A stretch of DNA of 64,000 nt from positions 384,001-448,000 of the forward strand of contig OZ241744.1 of NCBI GenBank assembly GCA_965200965.1, read 5' to 3'. Position numbers and translations under genes: made by a program. The stretch is from an uncultured Candidatus Binatia bacterium. GTDB lineage: Bacteria; Desulfobacterota; Binatia; Bin18. Numbering within the stretch: position 1 is the first letter of the stretch; the number at the start of each line of letters is the position of its first letter. This document shows, one piece after another, positions 52,527 through 61,595 of this stretch. The notes under the pieces were generated by a model. The model did no database searches, was not told where the DNA came from, and worked only from the letters and a program-made list of their open reading frames with translations.

Positions 52527-52991
52527 ATGTCTATAGTTCCTGACCGGACAACACTGACCGGCAAAATCTTTGCGCCGGTCACATATACCATTCGTGAAGA
52601 AGATATTCGGGACTATCTGCCAGTGGCCGGCGAAGACAAGCGGGCCTTCCAAAGCGAGGCAGACTCGCGGGCAGGCGGCTACGGCGGCTGGGTGATCCCG
52701 CCGTCTTTTGGCCCATATGTGGCTGTGATCAGCATGTTGCGCTCGTTCGACTGGCAGCGAGACTTTTTCATGGACTACAAGACAGATACCGCCATGTTTG
52801 GCGAGCAGGAGTTGGAGTACCGGCGACCGCTGTATGTAGGCGAGACCTTCACCGTCCAGGGCCGGGTGTCCGATGTGTACGAGAAAACGGGCAAACGCGT
52901 GTTTGATGTGATCTGGGTGTCGTTTACTGCGACGGACGAATCCGGGGCAACGGCGTTCAGCGGTACCCAGTCCTATCTTGTCTTCAAATAG
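52527..52991 (+). CDS. MaoC-like hotdog-fold protein
   Basis: IPPSF; GEQELEYRRPLYVGE. Confidence 0.75.
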   Translation: MSIVPDRTTLTGKIFAPVTYTIREEDIRDYLPVAGEDKRAFQSEADSRAGGYGGWVIPPSFGPYVAVISMLRSFDWQRDFFMDYKTDTAMFGEQELEYRRPLYVGETFTVQGRVSDVYEKTGKRVFDVIWVSFTATDESGATAFSGTQSYLVFK

Positions 52992-53001
52992 GGAGCCGGG
53001 C

Positions 53002-53445
53002 ATGGACAGGCGCCCAAAAGTGTATTTTGAAGACGTGGCTGAGGGCATGGACATCCCCAGCGTGACCTATGGGCCGATGGACCGCTACGCCTATATTCCG
53101 ATTGCGTTTATTCTGCGCGACCCCAACCCGCTCCACCTCGACCGGGGCTACGCCCATGAGCGCGACTTGCCCGATGTGGTCCAGCAAGGGCCGCTGAACG
53201 AGACCTTTTTGTACCGCTTTGTGACCGACTGGCTGCATGACCCCTGGGATCTCCGCCGGACCAAGGTCCGCTTTGTCGGCAACGCCTTTCCCGATGACAT
53301 GTTGACCTGCCGAGGGGCCATAACGCGGACCTACCGGAGCGACGACGGTGAGCCACGGGTCGATTGCCACATCTGGCAGGAAAATCAGCACGGCGAGCGG
53401 ATTTTGAGCGGCGAGGCCACGTTTACCCTGCCGGAGAAGAGATAG
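53002..53445 (+). CDS. MaoC family dehydratase
   Basis: YFEDV; DPNPLHLD hydratase motif; FPDD. Confidence 0.82.
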   Translation: MDRRPKVYFEDVAEGMDIPSVTYGPMDRYAYIPIAFILRDPNPLHLDRGYAHERDLPDVVQQGPLNETFLYRFVTDWLHDPWDLRRTKVRFVGNAFPDDMLTCRGAITRTYRSDDGEPRVDCHIWQENQHGERILSGEATFTLPEKR

Positions 53446-53454
53446 GACGCTCTG

Positions 53455-54172
53455 GTGCGGCAGAACGAGAGGCGAAAGGAAATACAGACGAACCTCAAAA
53501 GTCTCGTAGAGAATAACGACACTCCTCAAGGGCGTGTCTTTGACCTGACGATCCAAGGGCTGATCGTGGCTTCACTGATCTCCTCCTCAGTAAATACACT
53601 TCCCACCTTGTCTCAAACGACCCTCACCTGTCTGTCTCATACTCAGGTCGCCATCGTGGCGATTTTTACAGCGGAATACATTCTCAGAATTGTTGTCGCT
53701 GACAGCAAGATTCGGTTCATGCGGAGCTTCCAGAATTCTGCGTCTGCTGAGGCTTTTTCACATGTTCAAATTGTTTCGCTACAACTCAGCAATTGAACGC
53801 TTTCATCGGGCGCTCATCCTCGTCAGGGAAGAACTGGTCCTCTTTTCTATTGTCTCTGCCATGTTGCTCTATTTCGCAGCAGTGGGCATTTACTGGTTTG
53901 AGCACACCGCCCAGCCAGAGGCTTTTTCTTCGGTCTTTCAAGGTTTCTGGTGGGCAATAGCAACCCTGACGACAGTAGGCTACGGTGACATTTACCCTGT
54001 AACGACAGGCGGGAAGGTGTTCACGCTCCTGGTCCTGGTGATCGGCCTTGGTGTCGTTGCCGTCCCAACGGGGATTGTTGCCGCGGCGCTGTCCGCAGCC
54101 CGCAGCCGTGATCCTGAGTCGTCGCCACCTCCAGCGGATCACGGTGACAATGAGCGCCGTCCTGTCCGCTGA
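53455..54172 (+). pseudogene. Voltage-gated K+ channel-like ion transporter, frameshifted
   Basis: S1-S2 (FTAEYILR) in one frame; S4 RILRLLRLF and pore TLTTVGYGD in another; the S3 region appears to be missing. Confidence 0.8.
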
Positions 54173-54761
54173 AAAGCAGCGCCTGCGAGCCTTGCTGCGG
54201 ACGCAGAGGCGGAATCTGACACCGGGCCAAGTCGCCGAAAAGAGCCGCGTTATTGTTGAGCGTCTGTGCGCCTTTTCTCTCTTTCAGAACGCCAAGCTCA
54301 TCGTCAGCTACGCCTCAGACGCCAACGAAGTCCAGACCGAAGCGGTGTGGGATGCGGCTCAGCCGAAGGCCGTCTATTACCCGCGTATCAGCGCCGACCG
54401 GACCCGGCTCGACTTTGTGCGGCGCTCTCCAGATGAGCCGCTTCTTGTCGGCCTGTTCGGGATTCGGACCCCCCCCGGCAATGAGCGCTTGACAGCCGGG
54501 CAGGCCAGAGACGCTATTGTCCTCACCCCTGGCCTCGGCTTTGATGTCCAGGGCCGTCGCCTAGGCCGGGGAAGGGGCTATTATGACCGGGCTTTTTGTC
54601 ATCTCTTGGCCGGCGCGGTGCGGGTCGCCCTGGCCTATGATCATCAAGTCCTGGGGCGCATTCCCAGTGGGCCGCTCGACGAACGGGTCAATTGGATTCT
54701 TACCGAGAGTCGGCTGATCGACTGCCGGGCAAACCCGCGTCGCAAGCGGCTTGAGTTCTGA
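54150..54761 (+). CDS. ygfA: 5-formyltetrahydrofolate cyclo-ligase
   Basis: KQRLR; NEV; PGLGFD..GRRLGRGRGYYDR. Confidence 0.9.
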   Translation: MSAVLSAEKQRLRALLRTQRRNLTPGQVAEKSRVIVERLCAFSLFQNAKLIVSYASDANEVQTEAVWDAAQPKAVYYPRISADRTRLDFVRRSPDEPLLVGLFGIRTPPGNERLTAGQARDAIVLTPGLGFDVQGRRLGRGRGYYDRAFCHLLAGAVRVALAYDHQVLGRIPSGPLDERVNWILTESRLIDCRANPRRKRLEF

Positions 54762-54819
54762 GTCGGGGATGTCCTGCCCGCCCTTGTCTTCCCCGCCACT
54801 GCCCGATACGAATGTCCGT

Positions 54820-55824
54820 ATGGCAGCCCGTCGCTTCTCTCGTCCTGAGGAGGTCCTCGCGCGCCTGACCAAAGAGCCGCTTGCCGCCCTGTATCTGTTT
54901 CATGGTGATGAGGCGTATCTAATCGATCGGGCGGTTGATCTCGTCCGTCGCAGTCTGCCCGAGGCGGCGGTCCAGACCTTTTACGCCGGCCAAGACCCGG
55001 TTGAGGCCCTCTTGGAGGCCTGGGGGGCGTCATCTTTATTCGCTCCTCAGACCCTGGTGATCCTGCGCAGCGCCGAGCAGCTCAGAGACGCCGAACGTGA
55101 GCGGCTGGCCCGGGAAGCCGAGCTCCGGAATGCGAGCCAACCCCTGGTAGTGTGTGCCCACGGTCGGCTGGAGTTGACCCGGAAGTTTTTTTCGCGGTGT
55201 GCAAAAACGGGCTTTGCCGCGGAATTTCGCCGGCCTTTTGCCAACCAGATGCCGGGCTGGGCGCAGCGCTTGGCGCGTGAACGACGGCTGTGGCTGAGTG
55301 ACGAGGCGGCGCAATTGCTGGCCGATCTGATCGGTCCCGATCTGTTGTCGCTGTCCACCGAGCTGGATAAGGTGGCGACCTTTGTCTTTCCCGACACCGA
55401 TATTGATGTCCAGGCGGTGGCGATCTGTACCGGCGATGTGCATCAACACAGTGCGTTTGAGCTGGCGGATGCGCTGGGCCTGCGCGACCGGAAAAAAGCC
55501 TTGGGCTTACTGCGCCGGGTCTTGACCGATGAGCGGCAAGCTGTGCCGGTCCTGCACGCCCTGGTGGGGCATTTTCGTCGCCTGTGGCAGCTGCGCGACG
55601 CCCAGGACCAGGGGCTGCCGGAGTCTCACATCGAGCGAACGCTGGGCCTGCGTGGGCAGCGTCTGCGGAAACTGCTGAACCAGAGCCGCCTCTACTCTGC
55701 CCCGGACCTGCGCCGGGTCTTGCACCGGGCGGCCGCGCTTGATCGGCGGCTCAAGTCGGCCCGGACTTCGGCCGGGGTCCTGTTTGATGCCCTCGTTTTC
55801 GATATCTGTACACGGCCACGGTAA
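54820..55824 (+). CDS. holA: DNA polymerase III delta subunit
   Basis: LYLFHGDEAYL; SLFAPQ; TELDKV; FELADAL; DRRLKS. Confidence 0.88.
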   Translation: MAARRFSRPEEVLARLTKEPLAALYLFHGDEAYLIDRAVDLVRRSLPEAAVQTFYAGQDPVEALLEAWGASSLFAPQTLVILRSAEQLRDAERERLAREAELRNASQPLVVCAHGRLELTRKFFSRCAKTGFAAEFRRPFANQMPGWAQRLARERRLWLSDEAAQLLADLIGPDLLSLSTELDKVATFVFPDTDIDVQAVAICTGDVHQHSAFELADALGLRDRKKALGLLRRVLTDERQAVPVLHALVGHFRRLWQLRDAQDQGLPESHIERTLGLRGQRLRKLLNQSRLYSAPDLRRVLHRAAALDRRLKSARTSAGVLFDALVFDICTRPR

Positions 55825-55883
55825 AAGCGAAGCCTTCCAACACAGCCGGCAAAAGGCCCTACCCGGACCTCCATCGGGAGCGA

Positions 55884-56108
55884 ATGAGCAACTCCACTTT
55901 GCCCTTTTTTACCCAGACCGAGGCAGGACCAGCACCCGATCGGGCGGCTCAGCCGCCTGGGTCGGGGTCAGAACTGAAACACCTTCTGGGAGCGGCACAA
56001 AACGCCCCGCTCAAAGCCTCGGCCAAGGAGTTGAATGCTGCCCTGCCGCTCGAGTTTCATGAGGAGAGCCTCACCCGGGCCCTTGACCTTGTCCGCGGGC
56101 GGGCGTGA
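55884..56108 (+). CDS. Hypothetical protein
   Basis: GGAG SD; 74-aa ORF; no recognisable motif. Confidence 0.25.
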   Translation: MSNSTLPFFTQTEAGPAPDRAAQPPGSGSELKHLLGAAQNAPLKASAKELNAALPLEFHEESLTRALDLVRGRA

Positions 56109-56239
56109 GCTCCTCGGATGAGGAGTACCGCAGTCGCCGCGGTATTGGACAGGCCCGCTGGTTGTTGGTCACGCGTCAGCAGGGGCAGGACCCAGTCCCC
56201 AGGGGGGGTCTTGACCAGGAGTTGCCGGGCATGGGGCTA

Positions 56240-56563
56240 AAGAAAACCCGACAGTGCTACAATCCCGTGTGGGATTGTCCCGCGGGTGATGAGGCGCGGG
56301 CTGTCGGGATTCCGGTAGTGCCTGGGTCCTCCCAAGCGACTACCCCACTTTGGGTCGTCGGCCTAGGAGGCCACCACCTCACAGCTCACCATCGTAGTAC
56401 ACATCTTTGGACCACCTCCTTTCTTGGCGCACCCGCTGCGGGGCCAGAAACCGCTGTACCAGGAACCGATCGCCAATACCGGCCCGAGGCTCGGTCCACT
56501 CCGTCCTGCCGTATTGCAGGAAGCGGAGCGTCAAGGCCTGTGTCTGCCTGACCGAACAGTTCC
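56240..56563 (-). ncRNA. Candidate structured RNA carrying a micro-ORF and an extended anti-16S sequence
   Basis: Promoter-like element upstream; 5' rod 56460-56565; 3' three-way junction closed by CCCGACAG/CTGTCGGG and followed by TTTTCTTT. Confidence 0.6.
56363..56404 (-). CDS. 13-aa micro-ORF MCTTMVSCEVVAS
   Basis: Preceded by AGAAAGGAGGTGGTCCAAAG; ATG...TAG. Confidence 0.5.
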   Translation of the reverse strand: MCTTMVSCEVVAS

Positions 56564-56567
56564 TGCC

Positions 56568-56596
56568 AGTATACGTCAAAACACTCACGAGGTCCA
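56568..56596 (-). promoter_or_regulatory. Sigma70-like promoter for the candidate RNA
   Basis: TGGACC-17nt-TATACT. Confidence 0.55.
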
Positions 56597-56657
56597 GCTT
56601 TGTCCGCGCCTTGCCCTTGCGCAAAGCCGGACCACACTATACTCTAAGCTTTGACGT

Positions 56658-57491
56658 ATGCCATACTTTCACGCTGTTGCGCTTTTCGAGTGTCGTGGGC
56701 CGTCCTTACAGGAAATGGACCGGACCGCGGCTTCCCTGCTGGCGTCGGTCTCCCACCGACGGCTCCGCTATGTTGAACATGAGACGGTTCCGGCCGCGGC
56801 CGGGCCGGACGTCAGCCTGCCACATTTTACCGTCTTTGCCGACTTTGATGTCGAAGCTCATAGCGAGGAAAAAGCGGCCGAGCTTGTGGATGAGGTGCTT
56901 GACGCCGTCTCAAGCGATGCCCTCCAGTATTTTTCCCACGGCCTTGTGTCGGGCGAGCAGCGGGTTCGCCGCTCGCGGCCGGCGGCTGAGGACGATGAAC
57001 AGGAGACGAACGGTGCGCCACGCGGCGGGCGGAGCGGACGACGACGTGGGGGCCGCGGGCGGGGGAGAGGCTCAAGGGCTGAGACACCGGCCGTCAGCCC
57101 GACGGCACCACAAGACCTGCCGGCGGACGGCGGTGCTGAGCAGGACAACCCACCGTTAGCTGCGGCAGACGACAGTGCCATAGAGGAAATCCCGGTTGAC
57201 GCTCCGCCGGAAGAGATCCCGGTCGAACCTGAGCCGTCGCGTCCTCCCTCTCGCAGCTCGGCCTCCATGCAGGTCAAAACGACTGTTACCCTGCGGGCGT
57301 CCGAGTTGCCGGCCAGCGGTGATGCTGACGAGTTGATCGCTCTGGCCACGACCGAGGCGCGTCGCCAACATCCAGACTTGCCCGGCGATGCCCCAGAATC
57401 GGATGTGTCCTTGCTGCCCTGGGGTGAGACGGTTCTGACCCTGAGTTGGAGCTACGACCTGCCGGTCCCGTCGGCCCACAGCAGCGACTGA
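56658..57491 (+). CDS. Hypothetical protein with an RG/RGG-rich and acidic linker
   Basis: Folded-looking termini; RGGRSGRRRGGRGRGRGSR; TATACT upstream at 56638-56643. Confidence 0.7.
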   Translation: MPYFHAVALFECRGPSLQEMDRTAASLLASVSHRRLRYVEHETVPAAAGPDVSLPHFTVFADFDVEAHSEEKAAELVDEVLDAVSSDALQYFSHGLVSGEQRVRRSRPAAEDDEQETNGAPRGGRSGRRRGGRGRGRGSRAETPAVSPTAPQDLPADGGAEQDNPPLAAADDSAIEEIPVDAPPEEIPVEPEPSRPPSRSSASMQVKTTVTLRASELPASGDADELIALATTEARRQHPDLPGDAPESDVSLLPWGETVLTLSWSYDLPVPSAHSSD

Positions 57492-57682
57492 ACACCTCTC
57501 TCCCTGGCCGGCACATTGTGCCGGCCGCCACCGGTCTGAAGCGCTGTACAGCGCTCTTTCACAGCCGCCGCCCGGACTGTCTTGACGGGCGGGAATACCC
57601 GCTTGTGTACGACCCGCCGGCCCTGGTTCTCGCTTTTTCCCGGACCGAGTGCTACACCACAGAACGATACTGGAGGGATCGT

Positions 57683-58909
57683 ATGGAAAACGGGAATCCG
57701 CTGCCGCCCATGTTGGACGATGTCACCGTGCTCGATTTTACCCAATACCTGGCCGGGCCGACCGTGACCCGACTGATGGCCGAAATGGGGGCTCATATTA
57801 TCAAGGTTGAACAAGCCCCGAGCGGCGACCCGTCGCGTGCCCTGCCGTTCATCAAAGATGGCCGCAGCGGGTATTTTGTTCAGCAGAACCGGGGCAAACG
57901 CAGTCTGTGTCTCGACTTTGCCAAGCCGCAAGCCCTTGACCTGCTGCACTCCCTTATTCCCACTGTTGATATCGTGGTTGAGAACTATGGCCCTGGCGTA
58001 CTGGAGAAGCGCGACCTGGATTACGCCGCGCTGAAAAAGCTCCATCCCAAGCTCATCATGGTCTCCATCTCGGCCTTTGGCCGCAAAAGCCCGCTGTCGC
58101 ATCGGGTCGGCTACGATCTGATCGCCCAGGCATTTTCCGGCATTATGCACATGACCGGAGAGCCGGACGGACCGCCGCAGTTTGTCGGGCTGGGCATGGC
58201 CGATGTCAGCAGTGGCGTCCACGCCTTTGCCGCCCTCGGCTATGCCCTCTACTACCGCGACAAGACAGGGGTCGGACAGCACATTGACCTGGCCATGATT
58301 GACGCGCTGTACCACATGCACGAGGTCAATCTCCAGGTGCATAGCCTGAGCGGTGGAGCCTATGTGCCACAGCGGACCGGTGCCCATCATCCGCTGGTGT
58401 GTCCGGTCGGCACCTTCAAGGGTCCCCAGGGCTGGATCGTGATTCTGGTGCTTGACCGTCAGTGGGAGAATCTGTGTCAGGCCATGAAGCGGCCCGAGCT
58501 GATCACCGATCCACGCTATGCCACCGGCCCCGACCGGGCGACCAACCAGAAAGCGCTGATCGCCACGCTTGAAGCCTGGCTCCAGAGCTTTCCCGACGAC
58601 GCAGCCGCCCTGCGGGCCCTCGAAGAACACCGGGTGCCGTCCGCGCCAGTCATGTCGATTGTAGACACTATCCACCACGAGTATTTCCACGCGCGTGACA
58701 TGGTGCGGACTGTGCCAGACCCCATTCTGGGCGAAGTCACCATTCCCGGCTTTCCGCTGAAATACTCGGAGTTTCCAGCACCCCCCGAACTGCACGCGCC
58801 GCTGCTCGGCCAGCATAACGCCGCGGTACTGCACGACCAGCTCGGGTATTCCTCAGCCCAGATAGCCGTGCTGGAAAACGCGGGGGTGCTCCACCGCGGC
58901 GATACCTGA
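57683..58909 (+). CDS. CaiB/BaiF family III CoA-transferase
   Basis: LDFTQYLAGP; NRGKRSLCLD; DIVVENY; APLLGQH. Confidence 0.92.
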   Translation: MENGNPLPPMLDDVTVLDFTQYLAGPTVTRLMAEMGAHIIKVEQAPSGDPSRALPFIKDGRSGYFVQQNRGKRSLCLDFAKPQALDLLHSLIPTVDIVVENYGPGVLEKRDLDYAALKKLHPKLIMVSISAFGRKSPLSHRVGYDLIAQAFSGIMHMTGEPDGPPQFVGLGMADVSSGVHAFAALGYALYYRDKTGVGQHIDLAMIDALYHMHEVNLQVHSLSGGAYVPQRTGAHHPLVCPVGTFKGPQGWIVILVLDRQWENLCQAMKRPELITDPRYATGPDRATNQKALIATLEAWLQSFPDDAAALRALEEHRVPSAPVMSIVDTIHHEYFHARDMVRTVPDPILGEVTIPGFPLKYSEFPAPPELHAPLLGQHNAAVLHDQLGYSSAQIAVLENAGVLHRGDT

Positions 58910-58936
58910 GCGAATCATCAGAAAAGGAGGCCACCA

Positions 58937-59845
58937 ATGGCACTGATCCCCGCTGAAGCAGTCGAAATTTTTGGCTCCGGCGTGTTGCGCGCCGAAGGCG
59001 TGGTCGTAGACAAAGAGGGCAATGTCTGGGGCGGCGGTCGCCGCGGCCAGGTGTATAAGGTCAATCCCGACGGGGTGGTCCACGAGTTGGCCCAGTTGCC
59101 CGACCGGGCGATTCCCAACGGGGTCACGCTCGACCGTGAGGGCAATTTTGTGTACTGCGATCTGCGTCATAAGGCGGTCATGCGGCTGTCGCCTGAGGAC
59201 GGCACGGTCTCCATGATTGCCGACCGTGCCGGGAACCTTCCGCTTTCCATCCCCAACTTTGCCAGTTACGACGCCGAGGGCAATCTGTATGTCTCAAACT
59301 CCAGTACGCAGGAGGGCAGCAAGGTCTTTGGCGAGTTTACCAACCCCCAGCCCAATGGGGCAGTAGTGCGGATTCGGCCCGACGGCCGGGGCGAGGTGGT
59401 TGCCACCGGGATGTATTTTGCCAACGGCACGGCCATTGACCCTAACGAAGACGCGGTCTATGTCCTGGAGAGTTCCCGCAACGACTGTGTCCGTATCCCG
59501 ATCAAAAAAGACGGGACCTTTGGCAAGCCCGAGATCTACGCCAGCGGCTTCCCGGCTCTGCCCGACGGCATGGCCTTTGACGTGGACCGCAATCTGTACA
59601 TCACCCTGCCGGGGGTGCCGACCGGCGACAAGCTGGAGCCCCGCAATACGGTCATCAAGGTTGATACCAAGGGCGAGTGGACCGCGCTGATTGACGACCC
59701 CGAGGGGGCCAAGCTGAGCTTTCCGACCAACTGCGCGTTTGGCGGACCCGATATGCAGACCTTGTACCTGGCCAACCTTGAAGGCGAGCATATGAACAAA
59801 GTCCACACCCCCTTCCGGGGCCATCGGCTCTACCACCAGCGATAA
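58937..59845 (+). CDS. SMP-30/gluconolactonase family protein
   Basis: AEG; PNG; FANG; LPDGMAFD; PTNCAFGG. Confidence 0.9.
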   Translation: MALIPAEAVEIFGSGVLRAEGVVVDKEGNVWGGGRRGQVYKVNPDGVVHELAQLPDRAIPNGVTLDREGNFVYCDLRHKAVMRLSPEDGTVSMIADRAGNLPLSIPNFASYDAEGNLYVSNSSTQEGSKVFGEFTNPQPNGAVVRIRPDGRGEVVATGMYFANGTAIDPNEDAVYVLESSRNDCVRIPIKKDGTFGKPEIYASGFPALPDGMAFDVDRNLYITLPGVPTGDKLEPRNTVIKVDTKGEWTALIDDPEGAKLSFPTNCAFGGPDMQTLYLANLEGEHMNKVHTPFRGHRLYHQR

Positions 59846-59857
59846 AAGGGCCGGCCC

Positions 59858-59960
59858 ATGCACGCAAGCGACTCGCGTATTCTCACCACCCATGTCGGCA
59901 GTCTGCCCCGCAGCCCGGCCCTGGCCGAGCTGCTGATTGACCAGGAGCAGGGCAAAGCCA
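59858..59960 (+). pseudogene. N-terminal stub of a cobalamin-independent methionine synthase II family gene
   Basis: RILTTHVGSLPR, then unrelated sequence after about 34 codons. Confidence 0.75.
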
Positions 59961-60225
59961 AGGTCAAAGAGGGGACGACGGTACAACGCACCCCGATTAT
60001 TGGGAGGGACGAGAGACGGGTGAAAGAGGCTCAGCAGACGGTCCACGCACTCTTTTACTCGCCGAATCACGCATTGATCTCAGTGGCGTATTTAAAGAGG
60101 GGTATGGAAGGGGCCAGACATGTGGCCCCACGCTGAGCATAAGACGAGGGTTTTCAGACGCTCAGTACCAGCGCAGAAGAGGACCGTGGGTGCTGAGCAT
60201 CCAAGCGACGCGGAGCACTGTCTTC

Positions 60226-60759
60226 CTATACTCCCACTATGTTGGCCGTCCAGCCTTTGTCTTTATCAACCGTAGTGGCCGAGATCTTCTGGGCGGCGTA
60301 ATACGCCACCAGTCCCAGGGCGTCTTTGATCTGCAAGCGCCCGATCGGCCCCGAGCTATAGGTCACATTCAGGATGTTGCGGGCGGGGTCAATGATAAAC
60401 GCCGCCGGCTGGATGATATTGCGCTCCTCTTCGTACCAGCAGGCCAGGGTGTTGGCGGTGGCCGGGCCGTCCACGCCGTACAGCACCGGAAACCGCAGGC
60501 CCGACTTCTCGACCGTCCGCCGGGCTTTGTCGAGCGGGTCGGTGGAGATGGCGTAGAGCGAAATGCCGGCGGCCTTGGCCTGCTCAAGATTGGCCTGGTA
60601 ATCAGCCAACTGCTGATCGCAGAACGGTCACCAGTGGGCCCGATAGCTCAGAACAATAGCGTAGGGGGTGGAGATATCGGCCGGCAGATTGACCGTCCCT
60701 CCGCCTACGCTCAGACCGCTGATGGCAGGAAAAGGATCACCGGGGTGGAGACGTTTCAT
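60226..60759 (-). CDS. Selenocysteine-containing AhpC/TSA (peroxiredoxin-like) protein, 177 aa
   Basis: MKRLHPGDPFP...YRAHW-U-PFCDQQL...AISTD...FPVLY...QPAAFIIDP; in-frame TGA at 60628-60630. Confidence 0.88.
60600..60618 (-). promoter_or_regulatory. Candidate bacterial SECIS element
   Basis: GATCAGC-AGTTG-GCTGATT hairpin; loop begins 16 nt after the UGA and contains GU. Confidence 0.65.
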
Positions 60760-60899
60760 AGCTGCACTCCTTATCTCGGACGCACGCCAACTCAGGGGCG
60801 GGCGTCACGCGTGGTCCCAGCCATAGCCCCAGCCCGGCGGCGAGTCAAGGCAAGGCGCGGTCTTCTGTCACCGGGCGGCCTTGTGCTACACTCCGGTCC

Positions 60900-61595
60900 A
60901 TGACTCCCCCATCGTCCCCGTCGCCCGAGCCGAGCGTCCTGGCCTCCTTCCTGAAGCTGACCCGCTCGGCCTCCTCCATTCTTTTTACGGCCGTGCGAAA
61001 GGTGCCGGTCCTCGTCGTCTGCGTGCTGGTCCTGGCGGTTTTATACTACCGCAACCCGTCCCAGTTCCAGGACACTGCACCGGCTGAGCCGGCCCAAGCC
61101 AGCGTCGCGGCTGAGCCGCAACTTGACGCCATAGTCGGAGCATGGTTGCAGAACGGAAAGAAGGAGCCGGCCCAAGCCAGCGTCGCGGCTGAGCCGCAAC
61201 CGCCCCCTGAGTTGACGGTCGGACAACAGGCCCTGTGGCTGTGCGTGCAGCGGGTGGATTCTCACCTGACCGGCGGCGTGTGGTCGGATATCTACTACGG
61301 GATGGAGGCCACACTTGACGGAACGGCGGTGACGGTCAAGGTCACCGAGAAATGGAAAACGCTGTCTGAGAGCCGGCAAAAAGACTTGGCTCAGCTGCTG
61401 GTCGATACCTGGCTCAAGACCGGACAAACACTCCAGGTCCTCCGCACATCTCAAGAAACGCCCGCTGTGCTCATCCAAGCCTCGGGCGAGCCGTTCCGCG
61501 AGATTGTCATTCAGCGCCTGCCGGACGAGCAGACGGTGGCGGCCTGGAAGCCGGCCACCGGGGTGCAGCTTTTTGACCCCCAGACCGATGTCTAG
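60900..61595 (+). CDS. Single-pass membrane hypothetical protein with an internal duplication
   Basis: TM helix; [12 protein letters not shown] occurs twice. Confidence 0.7.
   Translation: MTPPSSPSPEPSVLASFLKLTRSASSILFTAVRKVPVLVVCVLVLAVLYYRNPSQFQDTAPAEPAQASVAAEPQLDAIVGAWLQNGKKEPAQASVAAEPQPPPELTVGQQALWLCVQRVDSHLTGGVWSDIYYGMEATLDGTAVTVKVTEKWKTLSESRQKDLAQLLVDTWLKTGQTLQVLRTSQETPAVLIQASGEPFREIVIQRLPDEQTVAAWKPATGVQLFDPQTDV
61086..61200 (+). repeat. 37-bp direct repeat (61086-61122 and 61164-61200), in frame
   Basis: gagccggcccaagccagcgtcgcggctgagccgcaac twice; 78-bp period. Confidence 0.9.

Noticed and set aside
54000-54150. 6S RNA expected upstream of ygfA
   Set aside because: The region is occupied by the K+ channel 3' end
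56408-56424. 16S rRNA gene fragment (TGGACCACCTCCTTTCT on the plus strand)
   Set aside because: Similarity is limited to about 17 nt and the flanks are not rRNA-like; better read as an extended SD on the minus strand
56240-56565. SRP RNA, tmRNA or 6S RNA
   Set aside because: No SRP domain IV motif, no tRNA-like ends, and the rod is much shorter than a typical 6S RNA; an Rfam scan is still needed
57452-58834. Long antisense ORFs (also 24111-25631, 61507-62646) and the alternative-frame ORF 41279-42859
   Set aside because: Shadow frames of well-supported genes in GC-rich DNA, with no recognisable motifs
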